64,000 nt of DNA from the human T2T-CHM13v2.0 reference genome, Homo sapiens. The stretch lies in NCBI RefSeq assembly GCF_009914755.1, contig NC_060930.1. One strand, 5' to 3'. The position numbers and the translations under genes are program-made. This document shows, piece after piece, positions 1 through 14,884 of this stretch. Below the pieces are notes generated by a model. That model did no database searches. It saw only the letters and a list, made by a program, of their open reading frames with translations, and had not been told where the DNA came from. Within the stretch, counting starts at the first letter, position 1; each line of letters begins with the position of its first letter.

Positions 1-2265
1 CAGGAAAGATAGAGACACCTAGACAGTGAGGGACAGCCCAGGTGGCATTCGGCAAGTCGCCCAGTTCTTTAAAGGCAACGTGAAGCTATTATAATAAAAA
101 CTTATCTCCCTACAGGGCTGTTGGTAGAATTAACGAACTAAATGTTAGCAAAATGCTTTGAAGAGAAAAGGGTTATCTATACCAGTCCTAAAGATTATGA
201 TTATGCATTGCAACATTGCTGCCTGTCAGACGGTGTTTGCATTTGACCTCCTCCCACCGCTTCTCCTTCAGAAAATTTTCACTTGGGCTGGATCCACATC
301 CACATCCTTAATTCCATCGCCAACCATCCTGCCCCACCTTTGGAAGAAGAGTGCAATGCCACAACTAAACTGTGCAATAAGGGAATGGAATTTTGAGCAA
401 CAGCTTCCCAGAAGGATGCCTATATTGGGGCCACTTTTTCCCTGGAAACAGGGCACACAACAAGCTTAGACACTGAGAAATGAAATGCCAGCTGACATAC
501 TTGGTAATTTTATTATTGTCCACAATATTCAGGCAGCACTGAAGAAACTAGCACTAAGACTGAAGGACTGAAAAAGACAGGAAAATGAAGATTTTGCTAT
601 GTAAAAAGCTGAGACCCAAATACCATATCAGTGCACTAAATTTTTAAGCAGTAAAGATCCTCTTTATCTGTGATTTCAAGTACTTCAGTAACGCCAGCTT
701 GGTGAAAGACAAGCTTAATCAAGAGGAGAAGCTGGTGACAGCAGGAAAACACAACACCCTACCCTGTTTGGATGGGGCCACAATTTCCTAAGAAAAGACA
801 AGTGCCAACCTCTACCAAAGCACCAGAAACCCACCACAACTCATCAAATCCTCTTATACCACACACTCGCTTTATTCACATGAAACAATCAATCGATTGT
901 GCCTTTGTGTTCCCCAAAGGCCACAGCTGTATTAGGGCTGTGGTGTAATTACAGCTTGCAGGAGGCAGACGGACCAGTGGGAGGAAGGGTGACCACTGCC
1001 TCGAACAGGGCACCGGCCTCCAGAGACGACCTGCTTGGAGGCGTGCCACCCCACGGGGACTGCACGGCCACTTGGCCTCCGGTGCTAGGAGTCACTCTGT
1101 TCTTGACTTCACTTTTAGTTTTTCACTGTGGCTTGATGGAGTTTCAAGTTTGTTATTTTGATTATATAGAAAAGTTTAATGAAAGAAATGTTAGGCTGGT
1201 AGAAAGAAATGTGAAAATCAACAGATAGTATAGAAAAAACGGTGGAGAAGTGAACATTTAAGTTGTGGTTTACACTTTCCATTTTTCCTCCCTAATACTC
1301 CTTAGTAAAAAGAGAGTTGGTCCCCTTATACTCAAGTACTATCAAAATCCCATGTATTATGGGGCAATTTCTCAATTATATTATTTTGAAGAACTAAGTA
1401 CTACGTTGGAGTGGTGGAGAGAGAGGACATGATAGTTTGAAATAACATTAATTAATCCTAGTTTCCATGCTTCAAGGGTCACACACGACAATCTCTTCAA
1501 AACAAGAGATAAAAATGTAGCTGTCGTTATCCTGAGTATGCTCTTATAAGAGTTATATGTCAGTAACCCTTTAAAAAAGCAATACATTAGGAAGCTAGGG
1601 GAAGCATGACAATATTTAATATACATGTGTATATATAAAATACGTATATATAATATACATCAGCACAAGTCCTCATATATGCGCTGAAGACTCATGGCTT
1701 GGGATGGACTTCCCTTTGGCAGCACTAGCAATGGATGTGAAAGCCCTGTGTGAAAATGTGCTCTAGAAAACAGATGACCAAAAAGTGTCTCGTAGTAATA
1801 AAGACACAGATGATGAGGATGTGTTAAAGGATACTGAATAAAATTGTTTTTCAAAATGCGAGAAGAAAAAACCCCAATGTTTGGAAATATTTTAATGTTA
1901 TTTTACAAATGTATGCGTAGCTATTCAGTAAATTAAACATTTAAAGTCACTTGACTATTTTGTCCACATTCTTAAAAGTTTAAATATTCAGTTGGCTTAG
2001 AATATTTTTTTGTTTCTTCTCATTTGGAAAACATGGGACTGCCCCCTATTTGGGTTACCTATTCTTGGGTATATAAAATTCAAAATAAAAAGAATAATAT
2101 CCAATAGAGTTCTATTCAAACAAGTCCTTTGAAGTTAATAAATTTAAATTAAGAGAACCTCAATTTTGATGTTTATAATATTTGAATATCTCTGATTTGA
2201 GATATTCACATATTTGAATAACTCTGATTTAACCAAATACATTTTATATTGAAGTCTTTTTTTGT

Positions 2266-2269
<4 letters not shown>

Positions 2270-2297
<28 letters not shown>
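2270..2297. repeat. (AC)14 microsatellite
   Basis: Perfect AC dinucleotide run. Confidence 0.95.
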
Positions 2298-2300
<3 letters not shown>

Positions 2301-2690
2301 CTGGAAAGATATGTATCAACAAACTCTCTGAATGTTAGAATTTAAAAAAAATTTCAAACATGTATAAGTGCCACAAGATGTATTACAGAAAAATTGTAGC
2401 ACACTCCCCCGCCGACACACAAATAAAACCCACAGCACTATATATTACTGTCTCAAAACCTTTAAACATCAGAATTATATTGGTAGATTCAAAATCTTAA
2501 GAAATTGCCAGATTTTAATATTCTTATCACTATTCTTAAAGTCACTATCTTGTATGTCAAGATGTTTTCAATGGGTTTTTATCCTTGTAATACTGCCAAA
2601 TATTTTCACAATTTCTATTGTCATATATTAAATTTACTCAAAATAATAATAGCACATTGTTAATCACATGTTTAAAAATATGTGAGCATA

Positions 2691-2991
2691 GCTGGGTGTG
2701 GTGGCTCACACCCGTAATCCCAGCACTTTGGGAGGCTGAGGGCAGCGCAACACCTGAGGTCACGAGTTTGAGACCAGCCTGACGAACATGGAGAAACCCC
2801 GTTTCTACTAAAAATACAAAATTAGCCAGGCATGGTGGCACATGGCTGTAATCCCAGCTACTCTGGGGCAGAAGAATCCCTTGAACCCAGAAGGCAGAGG
2901 TTGCGGTGAGCCGAGATCGTGCCATTGCACTCCAGCCTGGGCAACGAGAGAGCACTATCTCAAAAAAAAAAAAGAAAAGAAAAGAAAAAAA
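2691..2991 (+). mobile_element. AluS, full length
   Basis: Dimeric Alu with A tail; TSD ATGTGAGCATA at 2680-2690 and 2992-3002. Confidence 0.95.
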
Positions 2992-3035
2992 ATGTGAGCA
3001 TAAATAATGCAGTCTTCTACTATATCTTCATTTTA

Positions 3036-3221
<186 letters not shown>

Positions 3222-3439
3222 TTATACCGGAAAGGACACTTTCTAACTATGTTTTCTGCTATGCTCGGGAGCTGAAGGTGATGAGAAAAAAAGACGTGTT
3301 TGAAGTGAAACATAAAAGAGATAATTTATTGATTTATACATTCTTTAACCTAAGGATGTAATCCTTACGATATAATAACTAGGCTCTGAAAATAAATGTG
3401 GTGATTTGTTAAAGAACTAAACTTATGCCCAGGTTGTCA

Positions 3440-3640
3440 GGAGGCTGTGCTCTTTGGCTGGTAGAAAAGAGAGGAGGTTTGAGTAGAAAGACGAGGGTTC
3501 ATGCCTAGCTCTTAGACAATTCCTGAACTTCTGGGATCTTTATCTCCCTCACTTCAAATGGTAATAACAATACTAACTTGTGCTATTGTGACAACTGATG
3601 AAAGGAGGTTATTCATAGGAAAGCCTTCTGGAAACTCAAT
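3440..3640. mobile_element. MIR fragment
   Basis: Degenerate MIR core-like sequence; boundaries approximate. Confidence 0.5.
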
Positions 3641-4293
3641 ATAAATATAAATACAATATAAATGCTAGATGTGGGACATTTCTGTTTGTTAGTTCAACGA
3701 ACTTTTATTTGGAATATACCATAAAATAAAATGTTTCCTTCCTTTTTGATTTCTAGTAAAAAATAAGACAATTAATTCTCCTATGTAAAGAGGTTCTCTG
3801 ATCATCTTTACCCCTTCCTACAGTGGACAAACCAGGAGAAAGTGACCACATTGTTAAAAAATGCCCTGAGAACAGTTATGGCTGAAACACCAGTGTGATC
3901 TGACATCCTGTATCTCCTTTGTTTTGGAACTGTGGTGCTCTCAGAAGTTCTGGCTCTGGTCTCTGACATGCTGGTGGACAGCAGGGTAAGACTTTTTTCC
4001 CTCCTCAGTGTCACCTTGGAAATCTGCCTGCTGGGGCTGACCACCACGTCCCACCCGGTGATGGAAGGGAATGAATTCACATAACATTTCTTCCATCTAA
4101 CAGCCAGAGGCACAGAAGTCTCGGTGTGCTGTTGATTCCCAGATGTTCAGTTGAACCACTGGTGGAAAATATAAAAGAGGCCAAAAAAAGGGAAGGATTG
4201 AAGGTACACCTTCTTCTGTCAAGTCTTCCATTTTCCTCTTCAGACCTTAGATATCCATTAAAAAGTGCATTTTGGAGGAAAAATTTACAATTA

Positions 4294-4613
<320 letters not shown>

Positions 4614-4977
4614 GACAGGTCCAATACAGGTTATTTGTAATACACTGAAGAGACATTTAAAGAATGAAAAGGTTGGCAGCTGCGTTGTTTCTCTGGCCAC
4701 CTGGCACAAGGGATCTTAAATATGTACATCCCAGGATATGGGGGTCAGTGGAATTTCACATTTTCTGAGAGATGCTTCATTTGGAAAGTAAAATTATACA
4801 AATTATATGATCTAAAAGCAAAATATTTTTGCTATTTGAAGCAAACTTTTAAGATTTAGAGGTTAGCCACACCTATGTGCTCTCTTCAGCCCTCTTGGCC
4901 ATTTGATTGGCTACATCCTTGGTATGAGGAGATGTAACATATAACTGTATGTAGAAATGTCATTCTTTAAGAAGTCC

Positions 4978-5286
<309 letters not shown>

Positions 5287-7112
5287 TTATCCAGGCAAAA
5301 CAATCGATGTGAAAATATTCCCCAAAGACATCCTTCCAGTTTTACAACTATGGGTCTTCCAAAAGATTCTAGGAGATGTTAGCCCTCAGAAATGCTGACA
5401 ACCAAAGGGGGATTCTTGGCTCTACGGATGTGCCCAAAGTGTACAGACACAGACATGTGACATCACAGACATGCGACATTCATTCCGGTGGGGCAGGCTC
5501 AGACACTTCTGCTGGCCATGCGGGAATCTGCTTGTGTGGAAAAAAGAAAGTAACATTTACAGAAGTGTGAGGTGCAAAATGCAAATGTACATGTTAATAC
5601 CTGACAGCAATTATTTAATACCTAAAAATATTAATTATCAGTAAATATAAATATGAAGTATAAATGAATAGAGTGTATTTTCTATAGTATATAGTACAGT
5701 AAGTGATTGGATATACAGAAAATAACACTTAAGAATATCATTTAAAAGACTCTAAAAGGGTGAAGATTTTCCCAGCAGATACATACTGAAAAAAGCAAAT
5801 GACAGAAAGCAGGGTTTGAAAGAGCCCCAGCCTTTTCTAAATATACCTGGGCCCTGAGCTATCATCAGCCTCACCACTGGTGATTATACTTGGTTTCTGC
5901 AAGCATGTTTCTTTGTTACACAGTGGGCCCAGTGAAGGCAGAGGCTCTGCTGTATTCATCCTGTTGTCCATCCCCAGAGTGAAAAAACAGTTTCACCTAA
6001 TGGCTGGTATTTTTCAAATAGTTGCTAAATAAATGATTATACAAAGTTGCGATAAAGATTAAAAAGAAGAATTCAAGAATTATTTCCCAAATTTCATTAC
6101 AGACATGGAAAATAAAGTAATTATCTGGTTATTTTCTATTTAAACAAAATTAAAATTAAGTAAAAATTAAAATTGGGTATAAAATACAGCAAAATATTTA
6201 CATACAAGTGAGGAGGACTTGAGCACAAGAAGAAAAAACATTAAATACGCTACTAAGAAAGGTGGTGGAATTTATCAGCATTCTCAGAAACCTTTGAAAT
6301 AAATGCACCCCTCGCATAGGGTGAATATTCACCTGCTAAGGAGTCAAGCTTGCTGGGTGAGTAAACTTCAAGTGACTTCAGAGCCCCTATGGGCCAATGA
6401 GCCAATATGGGCACTTTTATACTAAATAAAACAGAATTATAAGCCAATATAGGCATTTTTATGTTAAGCTAAAAACTAAATATTTCTTGAAGACAGAAAC
6501 CTATTCTTATTTCTTATTATGTTACCAAAGGTTTTTTTTTTTTTAAAGAATATTGAGATAGAGAGAAGTGCCTTTCACTATAGATTTTCTGATTTTTACT
6601 CCTCTGTGTTAAAGCAGTATTGAAATCTGTAGTACTGGGTGGTAATCATGCTAACAGAATAATCCACTGACTCTTTTCAGATTAACCAACTCAGACATCT
6701 GTTGTATTTCTAAAGCATCTCTAAAAACTTTCCTCACATATAGTGAGATCTGATCTCGATATCGTGTATGAGACCTCAGAGATAGTACAGCCTTTCTAGG
6801 ATGATAACATTTTTGAACCCGGATACTGTATTTAAGGGTATAAGAAGCACGACCTACACTGCAAGAACACATGACCTCGTCTTACATATGAGATGTTAAG
6901 GGAAATTGACAAAGATGATAGGAGAGACAATAAACTGATTTTATTATTCAACGTATATCTGAGTTGATTTGGGAGAAGAATGAATAATGATAAATGATGA
7001 TGAATATTTCTTAAATAGAGTTTCTATTACAGGAGTAGAAAGGCACACAGTAAAAATAAAAAGAAGAGGAAGGTAAAGTCACAAAAGTATTTTACTGTTA
7101 TAAAAATTTTTA

Positions 7113-7422
7113 GGCTGGGCACAGTGGCTCACACCTGTAATCCCAGCACTTTGGGAGGCTGAGATGGGAGGACTGCTTGAAGCCAGGAGTTTAAGACCAG
7201 CCTGAACAATGAAACGAGACCCATTTCCACAAAAAAAAAAAAAAAAAAAAAAAAAATCACCAGGTGTGGTGGTACACGTTTGTTGCCCCAGCTACTCAGG
7301 AGGTTGAGGTGGAAGGACTTCTTGAGCCCAGGCATTTGAGGGTGAGGAGGCCCTGATCGTGCCACTGAACTCCAGCCTGGGTGACACAGCAAGATTTTGT
7401 CTCTAAAACAACAACGACAAAG
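7113..7422 (+). mobile_element. AluJ
   Basis: Diverged dimeric Alu with an expanded middle A tract. Confidence 0.9.
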
Positions 7423-10016
7423 AAATTTTTAAAAATGTAAGTGAGCTACGTTGAGGGCTTACTACTCTTGTTTAACTCAACACTGCTGAGCACTCTTCCT
7501 TTCCCTAACACTGTAAGTTTACTGCTTTGGTTCCTAGCCATTGTGGTTAACATCCAAATAGCTGCTAGAGTTGGTATTTCTGCCAGGGTAACCAGCAAGT
7601 ATACACTTCCATGCTACCTTTCACTGTGAAAGCAGACGAGCAATATAGTTGACCCTAATATTTTCCTAATTCTAACCAACCTCCATTAATATACTTCAAA
7701 ACTCTTTAGAAACAAAGATAACTTCAGCAGCAGAAACAATGGCCTTATGTTCCAACAATGGCCAGCTGGAAATGTCAAACACTGCCTACCCATTATAATA
7801 TCTCCACCTGTATTTAGGTAATCACTGAAATGAATATCACTACTAGATAGACAGGTACTTAGTAGAAAAATTAAACTAGAAAGAAGGGTATGAATTGTTG
7901 ATGAAATATTAAAGTAGAAATCCAGGATAAAGAAACAAAAGAAGAAAATCCTAGTATCTTAAAAATAATAGACTGCACCAAAAGTAAGATCATTCCAGCA
8001 CTGCGTTTCTGAGATGAAGAGAAAATGTTAGAAAAAGGTATTTTTCTATCATCAGTAAAAAAGACATTCAACTATTAATTTAAAAACAGGCAGGAGGGAA
8101 GTGGGGGCACCGATAAATTTAAAAGACCAAACACAATTAGAAAAGCAGCCTTTCCTGCAGAAATGGAACAAGTGATACAGACAATAAACTTGGAATGTAT
8201 ACTGAGAACATGGGAGAAACAAATGAGCAGACAAAATCAAATAGGAGAAAGTATAATATTTCACACTATATTTTAACCCATTTGTAGCCAAGCTTGAAGA
8301 ATCTAACTTACAAGATTCCTCTCCCCCAAAAAATCATTAAAAGATTAAAAAGAAAGAAAGATTGAAAATTAAGATGACTTACTTTCTAGGAAAAAAGGAG
8401 CTGAATATAGGTTTAAGGATTTTGAACTGCCTAAAGCATGTCACCATAAATCTGTCATGCAGCCTTGTAAGAGCATTACTGATGTAGTCAAAATAAGTGA
8501 ATCTGAAGAAATAATGTGTTCTATTTTAAACTGCAAAGATGTGGTTAAAGTACAAGGCAGGTATACGAGGCAAATCAATCCACACACAAAAAAATGTTCT
8601 GTTTTCAGCAAACTTCTCATCTCTCATTCCAGTTTTTCAATGGGACTCCTCTAATTCTCATCCCAGAAATCCAACTGAGTTGACTGGAAATAACAAGATT
8701 CGGATTACTCAAATGACCAAGAGCATCTACTTTCCTGCAAGATGCACAGCAGGATGAAGCAAAAGACATCACTCAAGATCTGGCAAGATGACCAACAGTC
8801 AGCGAGAGATCTGGTAAGAATTACCATTAGAAGGAGGCAGACAAAACCTTCCAGAACCACAGACAGCAGTAAGATTCAAAGTCTCACAAGCTACAGTAAA
8901 ACTCACAGAGTTTTTCCAAGACAAGGTCCTATGTCACCAATTCTTGGTCCACAAAAGATAATCTAAGTGATTATTTTTAAATACACATGTAAGTAGGTTT
9001 ATTTCTGGTGAGTATTTTATTTTTAGAACTTCTTTTCTAAATCAATGAAGGAAGGCATGGGCTTAAAAAACATGGTGTGGTATTTTCAAACTGGAACATA
9101 CAGTTTATGCTGTCTAAATTAAGCATATTTAGCAGGCATCTGGGGTCTGAGAATTCTTCATAGCCCTTGGTCCCTCAGAGCTGGAGGCAGAGAAAACTGA
9201 CATACAATACTCTCAGTGTACTGCACCAAAGAGCTATTTAATTGGCTTTTTAAAATGGATATATAATATTGCTTAGAAATGCAAATATTGGTTAAAATTC
9301 CCAGTTTAGTTGAGCATGCACAAGGATATATGCGTGTGTGTACATAAGTACAACTGTATACACTCAAATATGAATAAATGGCTAGAATGAAATAAACCAA
9401 AGTGTAATGAGAGGTGCTCTTAGAATAGTATGACAAGTTAATTACAAGATTCTATATTTTGCAATTAGAATAATCATGACACAGAATCAATTAAACAGAA
9501 GAGAGAGAAATAATTAACGAAGGACTTTGCATAGGGAGTTAAGAAAGAAAAAAGAAAAAAATCCAATCTTAAGAACTCAACGTCATAAGCAGTGTCTAGC
9601 AGAGGGTCAGTGAGCAAAAGGATCCAAACACAATTATTACTGCTGATTATCTAATAAGCACTAATGTGGCCACAGACAGGATATTTAAATTCCACATCAT
9701 ATTGTCTTGAAGTCATTATCTAATGGATTTATAAGGATAAGGCAACATGACATAATAGAAAACTCATGGGTTATCCAAGTTCAGAATTCCCCGGTCTTTA
9801 TAACTTTTAGGCTTAGCTCCAGGTTTTTCCTTTGGTAAAACAGAACAAATCTCTATCACGAGTGATTGTTGTGAGGATTAGAAGAAACTGTGTATGTAAT
9901 CTAGCTTGGTTCCTCATAGGAACTCATATCATGGTAGGTATGCTGGCAGTACTAGCATGAGCCATTTCCTAGAGAAAAGGATTACTCTTTTTGCATATGT
10001 ACAATTTGTGGCATTA

Positions 10017-10411
<395 letters not shown>

Positions 10412-13400
10412 TTAATGGATTTTTAAAAATTAAACAAATTAAATACCTTAAAGACAATTTGAATAAAAAGAACCTTCCACATATATTATAAAATCATAGA
10501 TTTTAAAAGCTAGAAATACTCTCAGATACATGAGCTCACTCTAAAACCCTGTTTTGCTGAAAAAAATCTAGGTAAGTCTAATTTTCACACACATACATAT
10601 TTAAGGAGCAGACACAGCACTACAAGTCAGCTCCCCTCGTACTGAAAGACATTTCCTCCTACTTAAAAATGTACAAATTATTTTGTGTGCTGAGCCAAGC
10701 AATGAAAAAGCTTCACCATTAAAACATGAATATTTAAATTTTAACATTTAAATATATCTAAAAGGAATTTTGACCCCATATACTTTGTTTCAGTATTAAC
10801 CAAATAAAGGGCATAAACTCAAACACATTATTACACATTTATTTAATCAAAACTAGGCATTTCCCAATCATTACAAAATTTATTACCTAGTTTTAATCCC
10901 AGTTCATTTAGAATAGATGGACAGAACATGGCCATCTATATAATATTTATTATACAATTTTTAACTAGTAAAGATTTTGATTTAATGTAATTACAATCAG
11001 AGCGAGAGCCTCAATGTAAGGAAAAGGAGCCACAATTAAACCACATATAGGAACCTGAAATAGTCATTTCCTTTCTCCCCATATATCTTACTTTTCTACC
11101 AAATGGTCCCAAGTACCCAATCAAATATCTATGTGAAAAGCAGATCAATACAACCATTCATTAAACTTATACAGTTGAGAACTTCCCTTGGGAGAATTAT
11201 CCAAAGACCAAAACACTGCCAACAAAGGAAAATATGATATAAGAGGGCAATTTATATTTAACTCAAATGATCACACTTAATAAAAAGCACAAATCCCAGA
11301 GTTCTAAGGGGAGGAAATGATGTAGCGTTAACCAGGGAAAGTCTACAAATAGGACTGGTGGTCAGCTATGTCTTCACCAAAGTGGCATTTTTGCCAACAA
11401 GACTCTTGGCAGCCCTTAAGGGGCTAAGCTAGCACAATTGACCAAATATGGTGGGGAATGTGAAAACTTCGCAGATATTAGCATTTATTTTTGAGGCTAA
11501 CATAACACAGTCCACAGGCCTGCCATCAGAGCCTGCAGCCATTAAGTGATAACTGAAGCAGTGGAATGCAAATAATCCATTGGTTCACATTAGTGTCATG
11601 CTCATTTGTAAATGTTCCCAGTCCTCTTCTGGCCCTTAGGGTACCTCACTTGCATTTTAGGGGCAAAACCCATGGGCAGTATATTTAAAAAGGAGTTAAA
11701 TTATGAGCACACCAGTTAGCAATGATTTACTCATTAAAAAGTGCATTAGGCTACGGTGCCCTGAGCTGCGCGACCTCATAGCTGATCACTTCTAAAATGC
11801 TTGAATAGACATTATTTATCTACTGGCAGTGGCCCAAGATTTATCTATTTCAGTCACAAAGTTCTATCATTTATCTATACGCTCCCTAACTCAATGTTAA
11901 ATTTTGAAATGGTGATTTAACTATAGGAGGAAACTACATTGAAATGAGTGAAAAATGAATGTAGCACTCTGATAAAACAGGAGATATTTAAGCAATCTGG
12001 CACCTCTCCTCTGAGATGTTAAAAGGATGTTTTAAGTAATTTATGAATTTAAGGGGATAAAGCCCTCGTTATGGAGAAACAAGGTCAGAAGTCTCAGAGC
12101 ACTTGACCCAGAGATGCCATTTTGGACTCCTGATTCTGGAAAAGAGTAAAACTCTGTAATTTATTAGAAAAGCCTGCATGGAAATTAATTTACAGCCTAG
12201 TTATCTCCATGTTACAGAGATAAATATAATTATTTCTCATTTTGAAGTTGAAAAAGAAAAGCTATCTTAGAATAAGTGGATTCTCCCCCTTACTCTCTGG
12301 TTCTGCTTGTTTATCTTTATCATATATCAAATTAATGTGCCACAAATACCAGTGAAGAAGTGAAATGTTTAATCTGAACTTTATTTCACTTTCTCACACC
12401 AAGGAAGAGTAGGAGAAACCATGGGAGGGATATATCTAAACCGACATTGGCTGGAGACTACAAAGGCAAAGAACGAAGTGTTTTCATAGTGCTAAGACAC
12501 TATGCTTTAGTTTATAAAGATCACAGTGGAAAGTGACGTGACAAGGTCGTGACTGTTCCTTGGTCTCCGAGGTTGCCTAAGTATTAGAGGGCAGAGTCCA
12601 CCTTGTCAGTCTGTGGGCTGCCCGCTTCCCACGTTTAAGTGTCTGATGTTACCATCTACTTGCTATTCCCTACGGGACATCGCTTCTCCTCTGGTATGGA
12701 ACGTGAAGACCACAAACCTTGTTTAAACTACTGCAGTGGCAGGCTGGCCTGGGATACCATGCTGCATCCAGCCGCAGGCAGAGGGGCCAATTTTACCCTT
12801 TCCTCTTGTTCCACAGCTCAAAACAAAGGAGTCTTCTGAACTCACCAGGCTGCACTGACACAGACTGAGTGGTTCCCAGACCGCTCTGATTACTGCTGTC
12901 TGTAGAAACGTGAAGGGCAGGGTAAAGTAAAGTGACTGAGCCGGGAATCACAGCATGCTATTCAATCTGAATGTTTCTGTAATTCATAAAAAATTTCCTG
13001 CTTGGTCATTTGTCTGAGAAAAGAAGAAAAGTTATGATTTTCCTCCTCCCGTCCTCCCAAAAGGTAAAAGCAATGCCAAGAATGTCCTCTTAAAATATAA
13101 CATTAATTTCCAACTTGAAGAACTTAGCATACTTCCATCAAGTTCAATCTCCATTAGAAATCCACTGGGCATATACTTTTAGGACCTATCAAATCATTCT
13201 TTCTCAGTTGTGTAATTCTGTCGGAATTTTACTCTAACAACTAAATATCAATAAAAAATGAGAATGACCAGAAATGACACAAATTTTATTCTGTGATAAA
13301 TCAAAAAATGTCACATATCATAGATGGAAATAAAACATAAATTAGAGACCCAGTTGTTGTGAATGCAAGTAGATTTTATATTATTAAGACATTTCATTTA

Positions 13401-13889
13401 CAGGGGCCTATAAATCTAATAGTTACTTTATTAGCAGCATTCTCAATAAAAAATAGACTACTAGAATTACTAATAGCATTCTCAATAAAAAATAGACTGT
13501 AAGTGTATCTTACTGAGCAGTTTTGTAAGGAACAATGACCACCTTACTTATTTAATTTTAATAATTACACTGATTTTTTTAAATCAAGAATAAAAACAAT
13601 ATTTATCTTATATTTATCAACACCAGTGACTCAGGGAACAAACACTAAAGTTTCTGTGTCAGAGGTAATAATGTCTGGTTATTATAATAAGAATTAGATT
13701 TGACTCTTTCAGCAAATATTAAACTTTTTTTCCAGCAGCTCCAGGCTTTAATTTGAAAAATGATTAAATTAGTAGAACTCATTCTTATTGGTTAGCTCTC
13801 ACTAACAATTGGCAGATTTTTTCTTATTTGCTCTTAGCATTTTTACTCTGAGTAGTAAAAGTGGTGGCAACTGCTGCTACTACTTTCAA

Positions 13890-14090
13890 TTGCTGAGCAA
13901 ACTTACAGATGTGCCAGGCTCTGCACTTATACAGATGTTCTCATTTATTCATCTTCACCACCACATGACATAAATACTTCTATCAGATCCATTTCACAGA
14001 TGAGAAAACAGACATGTAGAGAGGGTAAGCAACTTGTCTTGGATTCAAACCCATGAAAGTCTGTTGTAGGGCCCTGTTCTTTACCACTTA
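13890..14090. mobile_element. MIR fragment
   Basis: CCATTTCACAGATGAGAAAACAGA and GGATTCAAACCC MIR-like motifs. Confidence 0.65.
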
Positions 14091-14884
14091 GCAGCTATAT
14101 ATATTATTCAATAATACCTTTTTGATAATCTTAATAAAAACCTTGCAAGTAGATATCATTACCACTTTAGAGATGACAACGCATACTTGGAGAGGTTTAC
14201 AAAATTTTGCCAAAGCTGGTAAAAGGCAGTGCTGGCTTCTGAGCTCAGGGTACCAGGAGGGATCTTACAAAGACTCCAGGTGTTAGAAGGCCATAGATTT
14301 GGAAACACTTTACAAAACTGCAAGTTATCAACGTTTCTAGGTATATTTTTGATTAAGTAAAAAAACCCCAAATTTACACCGAACATATTTATGTTCGGCT
14401 ACCTCCAAAACAGGAAGAAAGAGCTATGAAGGTGAGAATGAGGTACCACGTGTTTATAATAACTGGATCCAGAGTTTTATTCTGTTATGAATTTTCTTCT
14501 GCTCTGCCTTCATTATCAATCATCCTTCTCTACCGGTTCCTTTCCTTCTGCCTTTAAATCTTAAGATTTGCTCTTCTAAACAATGTCATTGTCATTAGCA
14601 AAAACAAAACCTTTCTTCAACCCTCAGCAATTTATTTTCTTCTTCCTCCCAAATTACTTAAAAACTACTCCATACAGGTATTCTTCAGTATTTACAGAGG
14701 ATCGGTTCCAGGACCTCCTGCAGATACAAAAATCCAAGGATGCTCAACTCCCTTATGTGAAATGGTATAGTAATTGCATATAACCTACATGCATTCTCCT
14801 ATATACCTTAAATCATCTCTAGATTACCCATAATACTAAATACAATGTAGATGTTATATAAATAGTTGCACTGTATTTTTAGTT

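Noticed and set aside
8700-9015. Plus-strand donor-like CTG|GTAAGA and CTG|GTGAGT suggesting antisense exons
   Set aside because: No convincing paired acceptors; frequency is compatible with chance.
9596-9612. CTCF-like CTAGCAGAGGGTCAG
   Set aside because: Partial match that cannot be supported without PWM scoring or ChIP data.
13436-13498. 24-bp direct repeat (similar small duplications near 6400, 21400, 33220 and 40030)
   Set aside because: Ordinary slippage duplications with no further structure.
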